From: Podarcis gaigeae
Taxonomy: Eukaryota
Strand: one strand, 5' to 3'
NCBI GenBank assembly: GCA_964106915.2
Contig: OZ066920.1
DNA: 64,000 nt
The translations under genes were made by a program, and so were the position numbers. Each line of letters starts with the position of its first letter. The stretch's first letter is position 1. This document shows positions 40,104 to 50,942 of this stretch, one piece after another. The notes beneath the pieces were generated by a model. That model had not been told where the DNA came from, ran no database searches, and saw only the letters and a list, made by a program, of their open reading frames with translations.

Positions 40104-40318
40104 CAACAGCAGCTAGGGGTTGTGAAACATCTTTTGCAAGTACAAGACAATGATTGGATTTGCCTGTTGCAGCACATTAAGAACAAGGCTTTTGGTAGTG
40201 GAATGGGTGCTGTATGAGAAAACTTTCCTAATGACAACTCTTATGTTTTGAAAGAGCTTTAATAGCAAATTTTAAATCTTATTATTGTGCAGGGACCTAG
40301 CTAAAAAACTATCTAGAG

Positions 40319-40483
40319 CAGGGGTTCCCAATTAGCTAAGTACTGCAGACCCCATTTTTCAAAAGCCAAGCCATGGATCCCCTACTTTTGAAAATTTTGA
40401 TAAATATATGGTGGATGTTGTTATGTGAATGGTCCCGCAGACCAACTGGGTGTGCTAAGCAAGCCCCCAATTGGGAATCACTG
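40319..40483. mobile_element. hAT-type MITE
   Basis: TIRs caggggttcccaatt...aattgggaatcactg with TSD atctagag/atctagaa. Confidence 0.75.
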
Positions 40484-43222
40484 ATCTAGAACATAAATGT
40501 TGTATGTATTGTGATTAATTAATAATAATAAAAACTTGTCATAGTAATCCCATTGTATCTAATTACTATGGGAGTATGGGACAGTCTTGCATGTGGAACT
40601 CTTAATCTCCAGTTGACACCAAACAATGACCCAATCCCAGGATGAATTAGCCAGAGACAATGCAAATTCTTCACCAGGACCAGATTAGGAGCATGCAACC
40701 CAGGCAACAGCCAGAGACGCTCAAATTGAGTTTAATCCAACAGCAGAAATTGGGGGGGGGGGGGAGGCCCAGTTCGTCTTCTCTAAAAGAGTAGTAGTAT
40801 TTATACTGGTCAACTCAATGTTGGGGCAACGTCCAGGAGCTTGATATGACATTTCACTTGTTCTTAAAATTGAAAAAGATTCTAGGAACTTTGAATAAAC
40901 AATTTGGTTTTTAACTGCTTATATATTATTTATGTTTATATAAATTATTTACAACCTGCTCTTCGTGGTTCACACAATCCCAGAGAGGGAAAAAACATCA
41001 ACCTACAGTAACACAATGATTCATTTAAATACAACTTAATATAAAACTAGTCAATATGCTAGAAAGATAAATACATCTGCCAAGCAAGAGGCGCCACTTT
41101 AGTCCAATGCTTGGCTGAATATCCATGTTTCTACCACTTGTCAAAATATGAATAAATACAGATTTACAAACTGATTATTTTATATGACACGGATAACACC
41201 TGCCTGTAAAGAACACAACTAAGTCATGAAATGGGTTCCCATGGGGAATAAAAAACCAACATGTTCAAAAATTATAGAAATTGAGACAATGCTGAAGCTG
41301 CTCTTAATCTGGGGTGTCATTTCATCATGGTAGCCCTGAGTCTAGATTCCCATCAGCCCTAGAGTTTTATGAAGCATCCAAAGCTAAGAGGTGACTTAAG
41401 AAAGTTGCCATTAGCATCAGAGGCTCACCCTGACGAACAAAAGAGAGTAACTTTTATAAGAGATTTACATTCCAGTTTCATAAAGTACCCTGAATCTGTT
41501 AGAAATTCACCAGCAAACATTTGCCTGTACTTGACATGAATGGGAGCTCAAATTGTGTTTTAGAAACCACAAAGCTTTTGTCATAGTTCTCTGCTAGTGA
41601 ATATCTGTTGATATCTTGGAAGATGAAACTGCACATTTCTATCTGAATGGGGATGTGCTTAAATGTATTTTTAAGCATTCAATCAGATGTATTATTTATG
41701 CATTTTAAAAACCCAATACATGGCATCAGGGTTACCCAACCCTCTTTTTAATATTACGCTTATTCCAATATAATGGGCAAAATTACTATGTGACATAAAC
41801 AGCACAGTAGTGCAATTGTTAACATAATTGCAGTGCAATTCTTGTTATTATTTTCCAACGAGATACTGTTGCCCTCTGCTGGCTTTTATTATGTATGCAG
41901 ACATTAAAATAATCAGAAAAGGCCTAGCAAAAAAAAGTCTGTATTCATATCTCAGTATCACAGATAGATAGGATGTTCATGTCACTGATTATCCATGAGC
42001 AACACACCCTCCTAGTCTTTGGCTACTGCAAAAGAACTATTACTATTCCCCACAATACTAGAACCCCTTAATGCATGCAATAAATCCTTTCTTCCTGGAA
42101 ATAATTGTGTGTGGGGTGGTGGAGAATGGTCTATTGGTATGAATTTAGCCCTTGTTTTATTTTCCCAGCATTCTGCTATTCTGAGATCAGCTTGGGTAAC
42201 ATTCTTCTTTTGGTAGTTCTGAATCTCTGGGCTGGTTTAAGGTTAGGCAGAGAGTTCTCAATAAAACTCTGGTATTTTCCATAGCAACAGGGCTTACAGG
42301 AACATAGTATCTTTTAGATTTCAGATGAAGACATGTGCTTGCAGCCAGCAGGAGATCTGCACACTCTCCCATACAAAGCACTGTTATGTTCTGCCACAGG
42401 GATGAGAAATCAGTGGCCTCCCACATATTGTTGTGACTCCCCCTGCTGTGAAGCACCCAGAGCAGGGGAATCGGTTTAGCTACCCTAAAACCACCTCTGT
42501 AGGAGTCCTGTCCTCATTTTCACATGGACACCCAACATGAAAATCGGGGAAATAATAGTCTCAGGCCAAACAGCAGCTAACTGATCATACTTAGGGGATA
42601 ACTGCCAGCCACTTCAAGTCAACAAACAGCTAGCTTGTAAAAACATTACACTTCAAGAAAACTAATGTATTGGGGAAGCAATTTTATATGATTTTCCTTT
42701 CCTTTTCTGTAATTTCATGTTTTGCATGACTGGAGCAAGAAATTGAGTTTTCTTTTCTTTTTTTAATGTATGGAGAACAATTAGCAAAGGAGGGTGCTAT
42801 GTGAAACTCATTGTAAGAACTGGTTTACACACATGCATTTTAAAAAGCTTCCCTAGCAGTTGTTGTTGTCTAATCCCCTCATGTATTTAGGGTTTCTGTC
42901 TCTGATGTTTTATACCAATGGAAACCTAGACAGCTGCACTCTCTTGATGGACTTTCCATCGTTCTTAAAAATGTTGTTACCATTATTCTGCAGCTACAGC
43001 AAAGGAACGGGATGCAAGCTGATGCAGGAAAAGGGTCAGCGTAAAAATGTTCCTTCCCTCCATAACTGGGAAGAATCTACCAATATTTCTTGCTGCCTTT
43101 CCGCTGTTCACATCTGACCTGAGGCAATTGTCCATGCTTAGGCAGGGTCACCCAGGCTAAGTGCAGAGTGCTACAGTGTGCTAAACGCTAGACAAAAGCA
43201 CTTTGCTGGGCGTGATTTATTG

Positions 43223-43242
43223 TAGCAACAGGCCTTGGCAAC
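43223..43242 (+). promoter_or_regulatory. Candidate RFX X-box half-sites upstream of STMND1
   Basis: tagcaac (43223-43229) and caggccttggcaac (43229-43242, 10/14 match to GTTGCCATGGCAAC) lie about 85-100 bp before the ATG. Confidence 0.35.
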
Positions 43243-43325
43243 AGCTTAAGTCCATAGTGATGGTTTCTGTGAAAAACAGGAGGCTGAGCTCACTGTTCTG
43301 CTTCCAAAGAAGCACTTGTCACAAC

Positions 43326-43409
43326 ATGGGTTGCAGCACTTCCAGCAGGGCAACTGTCAAGGAACCATCATCCAATAATCCACATCAGAGCAGAGAAGTC
43401 AAAAAGCAG
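43326..43409 (+). CDS. STMND1: Stathmin domain-containing protein 1, coding exon 1
   Basis: acaacATGG start, MGCSTSSRATVKEPSSNNPHQSREVKKQ with an MGCxxS acylation motif as in STMND1 N-termini, donor CAG|gtaata, phase 0. Confidence 0.85.
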
Positions 43410-44997
43410 GTAATATGTTGCTTAGATTTCTCTACTTCTACAAATGGTTACTTTCCAAGATCAGTGTTGCCACGCTTTGCTTCCTTTAGACGGGAGATCA
43501 CTAGAGAATGGTGGTATCTCTACAATGTCTGCCTTATTTACACATACAGTGTAGCACAATGGAAGCAAATGGACTCCTGTAGGAGGCAGCAAAATCTCAA
43601 GGACCACCTCTACCCACATGAACAAGTCCAGGCCCTGACTTCAGTCTTCATCAGAGGCCCTTTCCCACGTGCCTCATCTCACGTGCAGAGGTGGCAACAT
43701 GAAAATGGGCTTTTACAATGGTGGCCCCCCCACCCATTTATCCCTTTACTGTGCCACTCATCTTTTTATTGGGGTTGGGTAGGATTTGTCCTTTTTGTTG
43801 CATTGCTAGATTAGCACTTTAGGAAATTTTGGTGTTGTACTTGATTTTTTTCTTCAGCTTTTAAATTGATGCTACCTGTTTGCAGTATATCTTGTTAAGT
43901 CACACGATTGCTTTATACATTAAATGTCTCAAACAATGATAGTAAACAAACACCTCTCCTGCATCAGCAGTAGAAGAGAGATTGGTTTGCCTCTATTCTC
44001 TCTCACGGTGCAGGCTGAAGCCCAGTGCTGCCAATTACAGCACTGATCAACACTGAATTAAAATGGATTTACCCAACACAGCTGATTTGAATCACCTGTG
44101 CTGAAAATGTATAGAACACAATGCAGGTGCTACAGGAAGTTATGTTTAACATAAGAACATGAGAAGTGCTCCATTGGAACAGACCAAAGGCCTGTCTATT
44201 CTAGGATTCAGTTTCCCCCAGTGACTAAACAGATGCTATGGGAAGCACAAATGCAGGATGTAAAAGGGATAAAAGTTCCTAGTTAATGTAACAAAAACTG
44301 ATTTTGGAGAAATGAACCCTGTAACCATGATCATGGTTGCTATCATGTGTTAGGCATGGTGATCCATTTTTCTAGCCTCCTTTACTTCCAGTATTTTCCT
44401 GCATCCCCTCCCCCAACTTGGTCTTTTCTTATTTTTCCTACTGAGGGGAATGTGGGGACAGAGCAATGGACTGTTATGCAGCGTTGCATGTAATCACTGT
44501 ACAAATTTGTGCAGGTCTCTGCAAAAAAAAAAAAAGGCAGCAGTGCAGCAATGGCAAGACTAACGAGCAAAACCTATGTCAATAGGAGCTGGGTTTGCCT
44601 GTGTGGCTTGGAAGAATCTACTGCTGCATCAGCACATTTAATTTAGCTGCAATATATGGTCAGAGACAATGCTCTGCTATCCAGTGCGATGCACGTTTGC
44701 AGTGCAAGCAAACCAAGGGTGATGAGATGCAAAGCAGGCCAGGATTAGTGAACGGGGGCTGCAGTGAAGCAGCCAAGTTTACAACAACCTTGATTACTTT
44801 TACAACTATCACCACTGTCATACCAGGGCAGGGGGCGCTAATCTTCCTCAGCCCTTCTCTCCCTCCGTGGCAAGCTTCAGGAAAACAGAATAGACTTAAA
44901 CAATTGAGCAAAGAACACCAGTAAACTCAACAACTGGAGTTTGTTCTATACTGTATAAATTTTGTGCAAATAAATGCTAATATCAATTTTTCCCCAG

Positions 44998-45133
44998 GCT
45001 GAAAATGATCCACTTACTGGAACAGTTAACACTGTCTCCCAAGGTGGGTCAGGTGCTGAAGATTATTCAAGTGAAGGAAGGCTGCCAGACAGCGGTACAG
45101 GAAAGTTACCACCAGCTAATGAACAAAATACAG
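44998..45133 (+). CDS. STMND1: STMND1 coding exon 2
   Basis: Acceptor tttttccccag|, open frame AENDPLTGTVNTVSQGGSGAEDYSSEGRLPDSGTGKLPPANEQNT, donor CAG|gtgtga. Its 136 nt give phase 1, matching exon 3. Confidence 0.8.
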
Positions 45134-45183
45134 GTGTGAATTACTAGCATTTGAATAACATAAAGCAGTGTTTTATGTTCAGT

Positions 45184-45537
45184 AGCAGGTAGAGAATGGC
45201 TAAAAGCCACAGAGCCTAGGGCTTGCCGATCAGAAGGTCGGTGGTTCGAATCCCCGTGATGGGGTGAGCTCCCATTGCTTGGTCCCTACTCCTGTTAACC
45301 TAGCAGTTCGAAAGCACACCAAAAAGTGCAAGTAGATAAATAGGTACCACTCCGGTGGGAAGGTAAACGGTGTTTCCGTACGCTGCTCTGGTTCGCCAGA
45401 AGCAGCTTAGTCATGCTGGCCACATGACCCAGAAGCTGTCTGCAGACAAACGCCAGCTCCCTCGGCCAGTAAAGCGAGATGAGTGCCGCAACCCCAGTCG
45501 TCCGCGACTGGACTCAACGGTCAGGGGTCCCTTTACC
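45184..45537 (+). mobile_element. Sauria SINE in STMND1 intron 2
   Basis: ccacagagcctagggcttgccgatcagaagg...ggtcaggggtccctttacc with a 12-bp TSD tttatgttcagt (45172-45183, 45538-45549). Confidence 0.92.
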
Positions 45538-45664
45538 TTTATGTTCAGTGCACATATGCATTGTGTCCACTGATTTTTTAAAAAGGCCAGTTCTTGCCTA
45601 GATGTTTCATCTGTTTATTTTCTTTCTGGTTTACTTCTTTTTGCTCGCACTCTTCATGCATATA

Positions 45665-45917
45665 CAGTGGTACCTTGTCTAGCGTCCGCCTTGTCGAGCA
45701 CCCGTTCCGTTGAACATCCACGGCAAACCCGGAAGTACCGGAATGGGCTACTTCCGGGTGCGCCGCTCACGCATGTACAGAAGCGCTAAATCATGCTTTG
45801 TGCATGCACAGAAGCGCAAACCGCTCCATGCACAGATGTGGTGCTTTGTCCAGTGTCCTTTTCAGCCAGTGACTGGGGCTCCGGAATGAATCCCAGTCAC
45901 AAAACGAGGTACTACTG
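45665..45917. mobile_element. Tigger-like MITE in STMND1 intron 2
   Basis: ta|cagtggtacct...aggtactactg|ta. Confidence 0.8.
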
Positions 45918-47670
45918 TACAGCCCACTGTAGCAAGGAGCTGCTCATGGATATGATTATGAACACTGAAAGCTGCCTTCTACCAATTCAGACCATTGGTC
46001 TAGACTCTATCTAGCTTAGTACTGTCAACACTGATTGGTTGTGGCTCTCCCCAGGGTCAGACCAAGAAACTGTGCTGCCCGAGACAAAGGACAAGATGGT
46101 CCCCTTTCCCATTTTCATGTATAGAAACCAATATGATAGTGTCTTTCACCACACCAGAGGCCCCAGGAAAGGCCATGTGGCAACAGAGGGAAATGGCTGA
46201 GAGACATGGGAAGAACTGTAAAGGGCTGCTGCTACTACCCAACAGCCTTCTGAAGTGCTTTCCTCATTGTGCCCAACAGTAGGGCCAGTCCTGAGCTCCC
46301 CAGGGTTTTAGTGTAGAGTCTTTCCCAGCCTTACTTGGAGAAACCATGGTTTGAACTTGGGACCTTTTGCATGAAAGCATGTGTTCCTATTCCAGCATGC
46401 TTATTGAAATGACCACTGGAAACAATTGGGAGTGCCTAGCTGTCAGTATTGCTGAGATGAACAGTTTGTGTATAAACTGAAAAATTCAGAAAGAGGAACA
46501 ATGGGGGGGACTGAAAAGAAATCAGTCAAGGAACAGTGATGTGGGCACTAGTTGAAATATGCAGCAGGCTGAACACATTCCCATTTGAACCAAGGTCTAT
46601 GGCATAACATCATATCCTGAGATGTTTTGCCGTACAAACCATGCTGATTGGAATGGGACCCAGGACAGGAACTTAGGATAACAATTATGTTTATAATCAT
46701 GTCTTGTCTGTAGAACCTAATAGGCATCTGATTGACCAATGTGAGAACAGGATGCTAGACTAGGTCTGCTGATCTGACTCAGCAAAGAGCGCTCTTCTTG
46801 TGTTCAGATATAACAAGGGGTACTAGAAGCAGGAAAATGGAAGCTGATTCAAAGTATGGCAGATTTTCCTCTTGCTTAAATTTAATAGAAGCCCATTTCA
46901 AAGGAAGCCAAGATAAACTATAAATAGTTTAAGAGGATCTATAGATAGAATATGAGTCCACAGAAATTGAATACCATGTGCAGGCTAAATATTTTTGGCT
47001 GGTTGAAGATGGTGTGAATGATGCTGACTTTTTACTGTTATAACAGAGTTGCGCTAAAGTTTCTAGATACATGCAGTTCCCACTTCACTATGCGAAAATT
47101 CACTTATCTGAAATGAGGAATTAGTACTCAAAACTCACCATACATACCATAGATTCAGCTATCTGAACAGAGAGCATTTTTTACTTTCTCGCTTGCCTTT
47201 CACTGGTTGGTGGTGAGGGCAGGAATGGAGGAGGGAAATGATTAGACAAATCAGAGAGCATTTTTTCTGGATTTTCCCAAGGGTATTTTGGCTTTTGAGG
47301 GTCAACATTCCATGGTTGGGGACGCATTTGAAATTTTCCCATGCGAATCAATGGAAATTGTCAACTCATTATACGAACACTCACCTAATGAACGATTTCC
47401 AGAGAAGATACTGCGTTCAGTATTTTGCTTTAGCAGATTTAGGTTATCGTGCACAATTCTCCCCTCCCCCAGCTTGACTCCCCTGTTTTTCATATTATGG
47501 ACCTTATAAAACAAAAATATGAATTAATTCAGAGGACTGAAACTTAACAATGACGTTTAAAGAAATGCCCTTGTGTTGCTTTTTATTATGATTCTAAAAA
47601 TAAAAAACCTAATTTAAAAAACTGCCGTCATATCAAAAAAATTAATAATTTACCATTTATGTTTGTGAAG

Positions 47671-47822
47671 ACATACATAGAGGTGGACTTTCCAAGAAAC
47701 CAGTGAGCTTAACAGAAAGAGAAAGACAGACATCATCAGACATATTGGAGGAGCTTCGGATGCAAGGAATAATCAAGACCTCAAGTGCAAACTCTAATAA
47801 CAAAGCAGCAGATGATGCCACA
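47671..47822 (+). CDS. STMND1: STMND1 coding exon 3
   Basis: (D)IHRGGLSKKPVSLTERERQTSSDILEELRMQGIIKTSSANSNNKAADDAT matches the recalled STMND1 motif RERQKSSDILEELIVQGII. Acceptor aag|, donor ACA|gtaagt, 152 nt, phase 1 to 0. Confidence 0.92.
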
Positions 47823-47971
47823 GTAAGTAAATGTCAAAACTAACAGAAATACACTTTCCAGTCTGAGCTGATATTTCTGCAGTGAACTATGGGTTACTCC
47901 TGCAATGGCTCTTTCTTGTGGAATTGAGAATTGATTTAATTAAGCTGTTTATGTCATGTATGAGAAATTTA

Positions 47972-48058
47972 TATTATTATATTATATTATATTATATTAT
48001 ATTATATTATATTATATTATATTATATTATATTATATTATATTATATTATATTATTAT
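47972..48058. repeat. (TATTA)n microsatellite
   Basis: Seen directly. Confidence 0.95.
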
Positions 48059-48419
48059 AGTAAACATCCCTGTGACTATCTCTGGTGAAGGTTGGTATAA
48101 AAAATCTCTACATAAATAAATACATTTATTATATTTATTTCAATCAATTTATTTCTGAAGGTCTCCTAATCTTTGCTGCCCCTTATATCCAAAACTCCTT
48201 CCCAAAACACCCTCAAACGGGGCTTCTTGTAATGATTAGTCAGTTTTTTCTTTTCAAAAAATGAACTCAAATTGACTTGCAAAAGACACAAGATGAGAAA
48301 ATAAATATAAAACAAGAATTAAAGCAACCTAAAATACAACAAATATACAAATCCAACTCAACCCCATGCCCCTAAAATATGCAGAGAACTAAATTCCAGA
48401 AACATGAGTGAATAAAAAT

Positions 48420-48630
48420 GTTTTTACTCAGCACCTAAAAACAGATAGTGAAGGCACCAGGTGTGCCTCTCTGAGGAGAGCATTCCACAACCGGGGAGCC
48501 ACCACTGAGAAGGCTTGTTCTCATGTTGCCACCCTCTGCACCTCCCTTGAAGAGGGCACACAGTGAGGGACCTAAGATGAAGAATGCAGGGTCCAGTTGG
48601 TTCATGTGAGGAAACATGGCACTTGAGGTA
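48420..48630 (-). mobile_element. L2-like LINE 3' fragment
   Basis: ggagagcattccacaaccggggagccaccactgagaaggc is the reverse complement of an L2-like AFSVVAPRLWNAL segment. A similar + strand copy lies at about 56495-56880. Confidence 0.6.
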
Positions 48631-49054
48631 TTAGGGTATATTTTTTCTGTTTGGCATTTTAATCCAAATTAGCTTTCATTGACAAAAGAAACACTCTGTA
48701 TAAAGTTGACATGAACTGAAAAAATGCAACAGATGGAATATAAGATTCAAAAATAGTAGCAAACAAGTTAAATCCTAACATCGGAGATAACATTAGCAGG
48801 ACTCTGAAAACTGTATGTACAAAAGTAACCTAAACACAATTAAGTAACTATGCATGACTACTCTGAAGTATATTGTAATGTGTTAAAATAGATTTTCATT
48901 ATTTCTCTTTCTATTTGTTCGGTTCTTTTCAACATTATTTCAAATACTGTGATTTAATTTATTCACATGCATGCACAGAGTAGAATAAAGTAATTCCCCT
49001 TTGAAAAACAAGACTTCCTTCACGGACATACATAAAATTTTACTATTTCTACAG

Positions 49055-49180
49055 TTGATAGATACAGGAAATCCACCAAAGAAACCACCAGCCAAACTGG
49101 AAAAGCTCGAAATCAAAAGGAAGCACATAATTTAACAATAGAGGACTCTGAAAACAAGCCATGTGTTGAAAAGAGAAGAA
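49055..49180 (+). pseudogene. STMND1: STMND1 exon 4, disrupted (frameshift and missing donor)
   Basis: Acceptor tttctacag|. Frame 0 reads LIDTGNPPKKPPAKLEKLEIKRKHII* (TAA 49133-49135). The -1 frame continues KEAHNLTIEDSENKPCVEKRR, aligning to recalled STMND1 [23 protein letters not shown]. There is no GT after the RR codons. Confidence 0.75.
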
Positions 49181-49412
49181 TCCACTAATCTGACTACATC
49201 ATTCTAGTATCTGAATACCTAACAATCAATAATGTATGTAACATCACAACGTATCTTTGAATTAGGAAAGCTTCTGTTCCCCATGTTACTACTGAACTTG
49301 GCTCTTACTGGACGAGGTGTTTCTAAACAAGTTTACTGACAGAGGCTAAAACAACTTTGAAATTTTCTGCCTTCCTGCCTTCCTTCCATCCTATGATCTG
49401 ATTAAATTCAAC

Positions 49413-49500
49413 ATGCATCCAGTGAAATAGACTCTAGTCCCAAAATGTAGTGCCACAGTAAGTGTTAGGTCATTAAGGTGCCACAAGGCTTTTTGTTGTT
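49413..49500 (+). mobile_element. Degenerate Penelope-like terminal fragment
   Basis: gttaggtcattaaggtgccacaaggctttttgttg resembles ttggtctttaaggtgctac of the element at 7223-7447. It is preceded by a possible decayed hammerhead remnant (gactctagtc). Confidence 0.4.
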
Positions 49501-49521
49501 CCTGCTTCAGCATGCAATGTA

Positions 49522-49712
49522 CAGTCATAAATTGGCTTTCGAACAGCTTAATTCACGAACAACTTGGAACTCGAACGTCGCAAACCTGGAAGTAGGTGTT
49601 CCGGTTTGCGAACTTTGCCTCAGAAGCCAAACAAGCAGTGCAACTTCTGCAGCTTCCGATTGGCTGCAGGACGCTCCTACACACATTCTGTTCGAAAACC
49701 AAGGTACAACTG
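49522..49712. mobile_element. Tigger-like MITE in STMND1 intron 4
   Basis: ta|cagtcataaattggctttcgaac...gttcgaaaaccaaggtacaactg, imperfect TIRs. Confidence 0.65.
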
Positions 49713-50598
49713 CACTGATAGAGCTGTAACTCTGACAGGAAGGTCAACAGCTTCTAACATCTGTCTTACTCAGATAGTCTTAACGTGGGTAAAACTCATG
49801 CATGGGGTTGGGGAAATCAATATTGCTATGGTTGACCATGACCTTCACATATTCAAAGTGGTTTTTTTCATGCTGAGCATGCATGCATACAAGTTCTATG
49901 CACATAGGCTGTCTCCATGCACCCTTCAAAATAAAGGGTCCTGGATTATATATACAGGGTCTATGCACCTATAAACAGCGTTTGAAACTCCGATTGTTCT
50001 AGGCACGTTTTGTGACAAGGAATTTCATTAACGCTAGCAGTTTCTGAGCTCTAGGCGCAGTACTGAGCCTAAGATTTCAGATTAAAATTGCCACTGCTGT
50101 AAGAAAAGGACAACCTTTTTCTGCCTCCCCACTTCCAGCCACTCTGACTAGAAAAGGGACCCTCATAAGACTATTAGGGGAGCGGGCACGGGAAGTATGG
50201 CTTTGTTTTTGCAGTCGTCAGATGAGGACTAGACCATGTGAAAAATGAACATAATATTTTTGCTGCAGTTCATTCATTTTCCGCTTTGTATTCTGGTTAT
50301 GAAAAAGTGCGCCTAGTAAACACTCCTTTGTGGCGCCCATAACCTAGGTTTAAGGTGCCATTTACCTCCTAGCTTTCATATCTCTGTTTCTATAAATTGT
50401 ATGCCTGCAAGCTCTGTGCTAAAAGCAATGATGAGCACATTGAGGTAAGGGCAGGGCCTACCTTTGCAATAGCCATCTCTCCCCTCCACATGTTAAGTAT
50501 ATTCACATTAAGAATTTGTTTGTGGTGCTAGCCTATGCGTATGCATGTCTCTACAAATGTTGTATCCCTACCCCATTTAAAGAGGCGTCTCTTTTCAG

Positions 50599-50868
50599 AC
50601 AAGAGAAGAGCAACTGAAAAAGGAATTGCTGACTGACAGACCATCACCACTAACCTCCCATGAAAGCAGAACTACAGGGAGTGACATAGACTGTTTAGCT
50701 TCTGAAGTTGAAAAAACTTCTAATACTTTTCAGTTGCTTTCCTTAAATCTGGGTTCAGGAAGCTGGATAGAGAAAGAAGATTGGGATGATAATGTAAAGG
50801 ACAATTTTGAAGGTTTCAGTATGGTGGAGTCAGATGTCACTTATAATATGGTAAATGAAGCATTTTAA
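50599..50868 (+). CDS. STMND1: STMND1 terminal coding exon 5
   Basis: Acceptor ctcttttcag|, 89 open codons TREEQLKKELLTDRPSP...DNFEGFSMVESDVTYNMVNEAF*. These match the recalled STMND1 TKEEEIRKRLRSDR and C-terminal FGVVESDMSYN motifs. Phase 0. Confidence 0.88.
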   Translation, partial: TREEQLKKELLTDRPSPLTSHESRTTGSDIDCLASEVEKTSNTFQLLSLNLGSGSWIEKEDWDDNVKDNFEGFSMVESDVTYNMVNEAF

Positions 50869-50931
50869 ACAGTACAATTTCTTTCAAAGATATTTGAGCT
50901 ATGGAAGTTAAATCTCTAGGTTTTCACCTGC

Positions 50932-50942
50932 ATTAAAATAAA
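50932..50942 (+). terminator. Candidate STMND1 polyadenylation signal
   Basis: Overlapping ATTAAA/AATAAA about 65 nt after the stop. A second AATAAA lies at 51100-51105. Confidence 0.4.

Noticed and set aside
43203-43814. 203-aa single-exon ORF
   Set aside because: Only 43326-43409 (STMND1 exon 1) is supported, and the rest is upstream sequence and intron read-through.
49112-49123. Programmed -1 ribosomal frameshift restoring STMND1 exon 4
   Set aside because: There is no XXXYYYZ slippery heptamer or evident downstream structure, and the -1 frame stops at 49186-49188 with no good donor.
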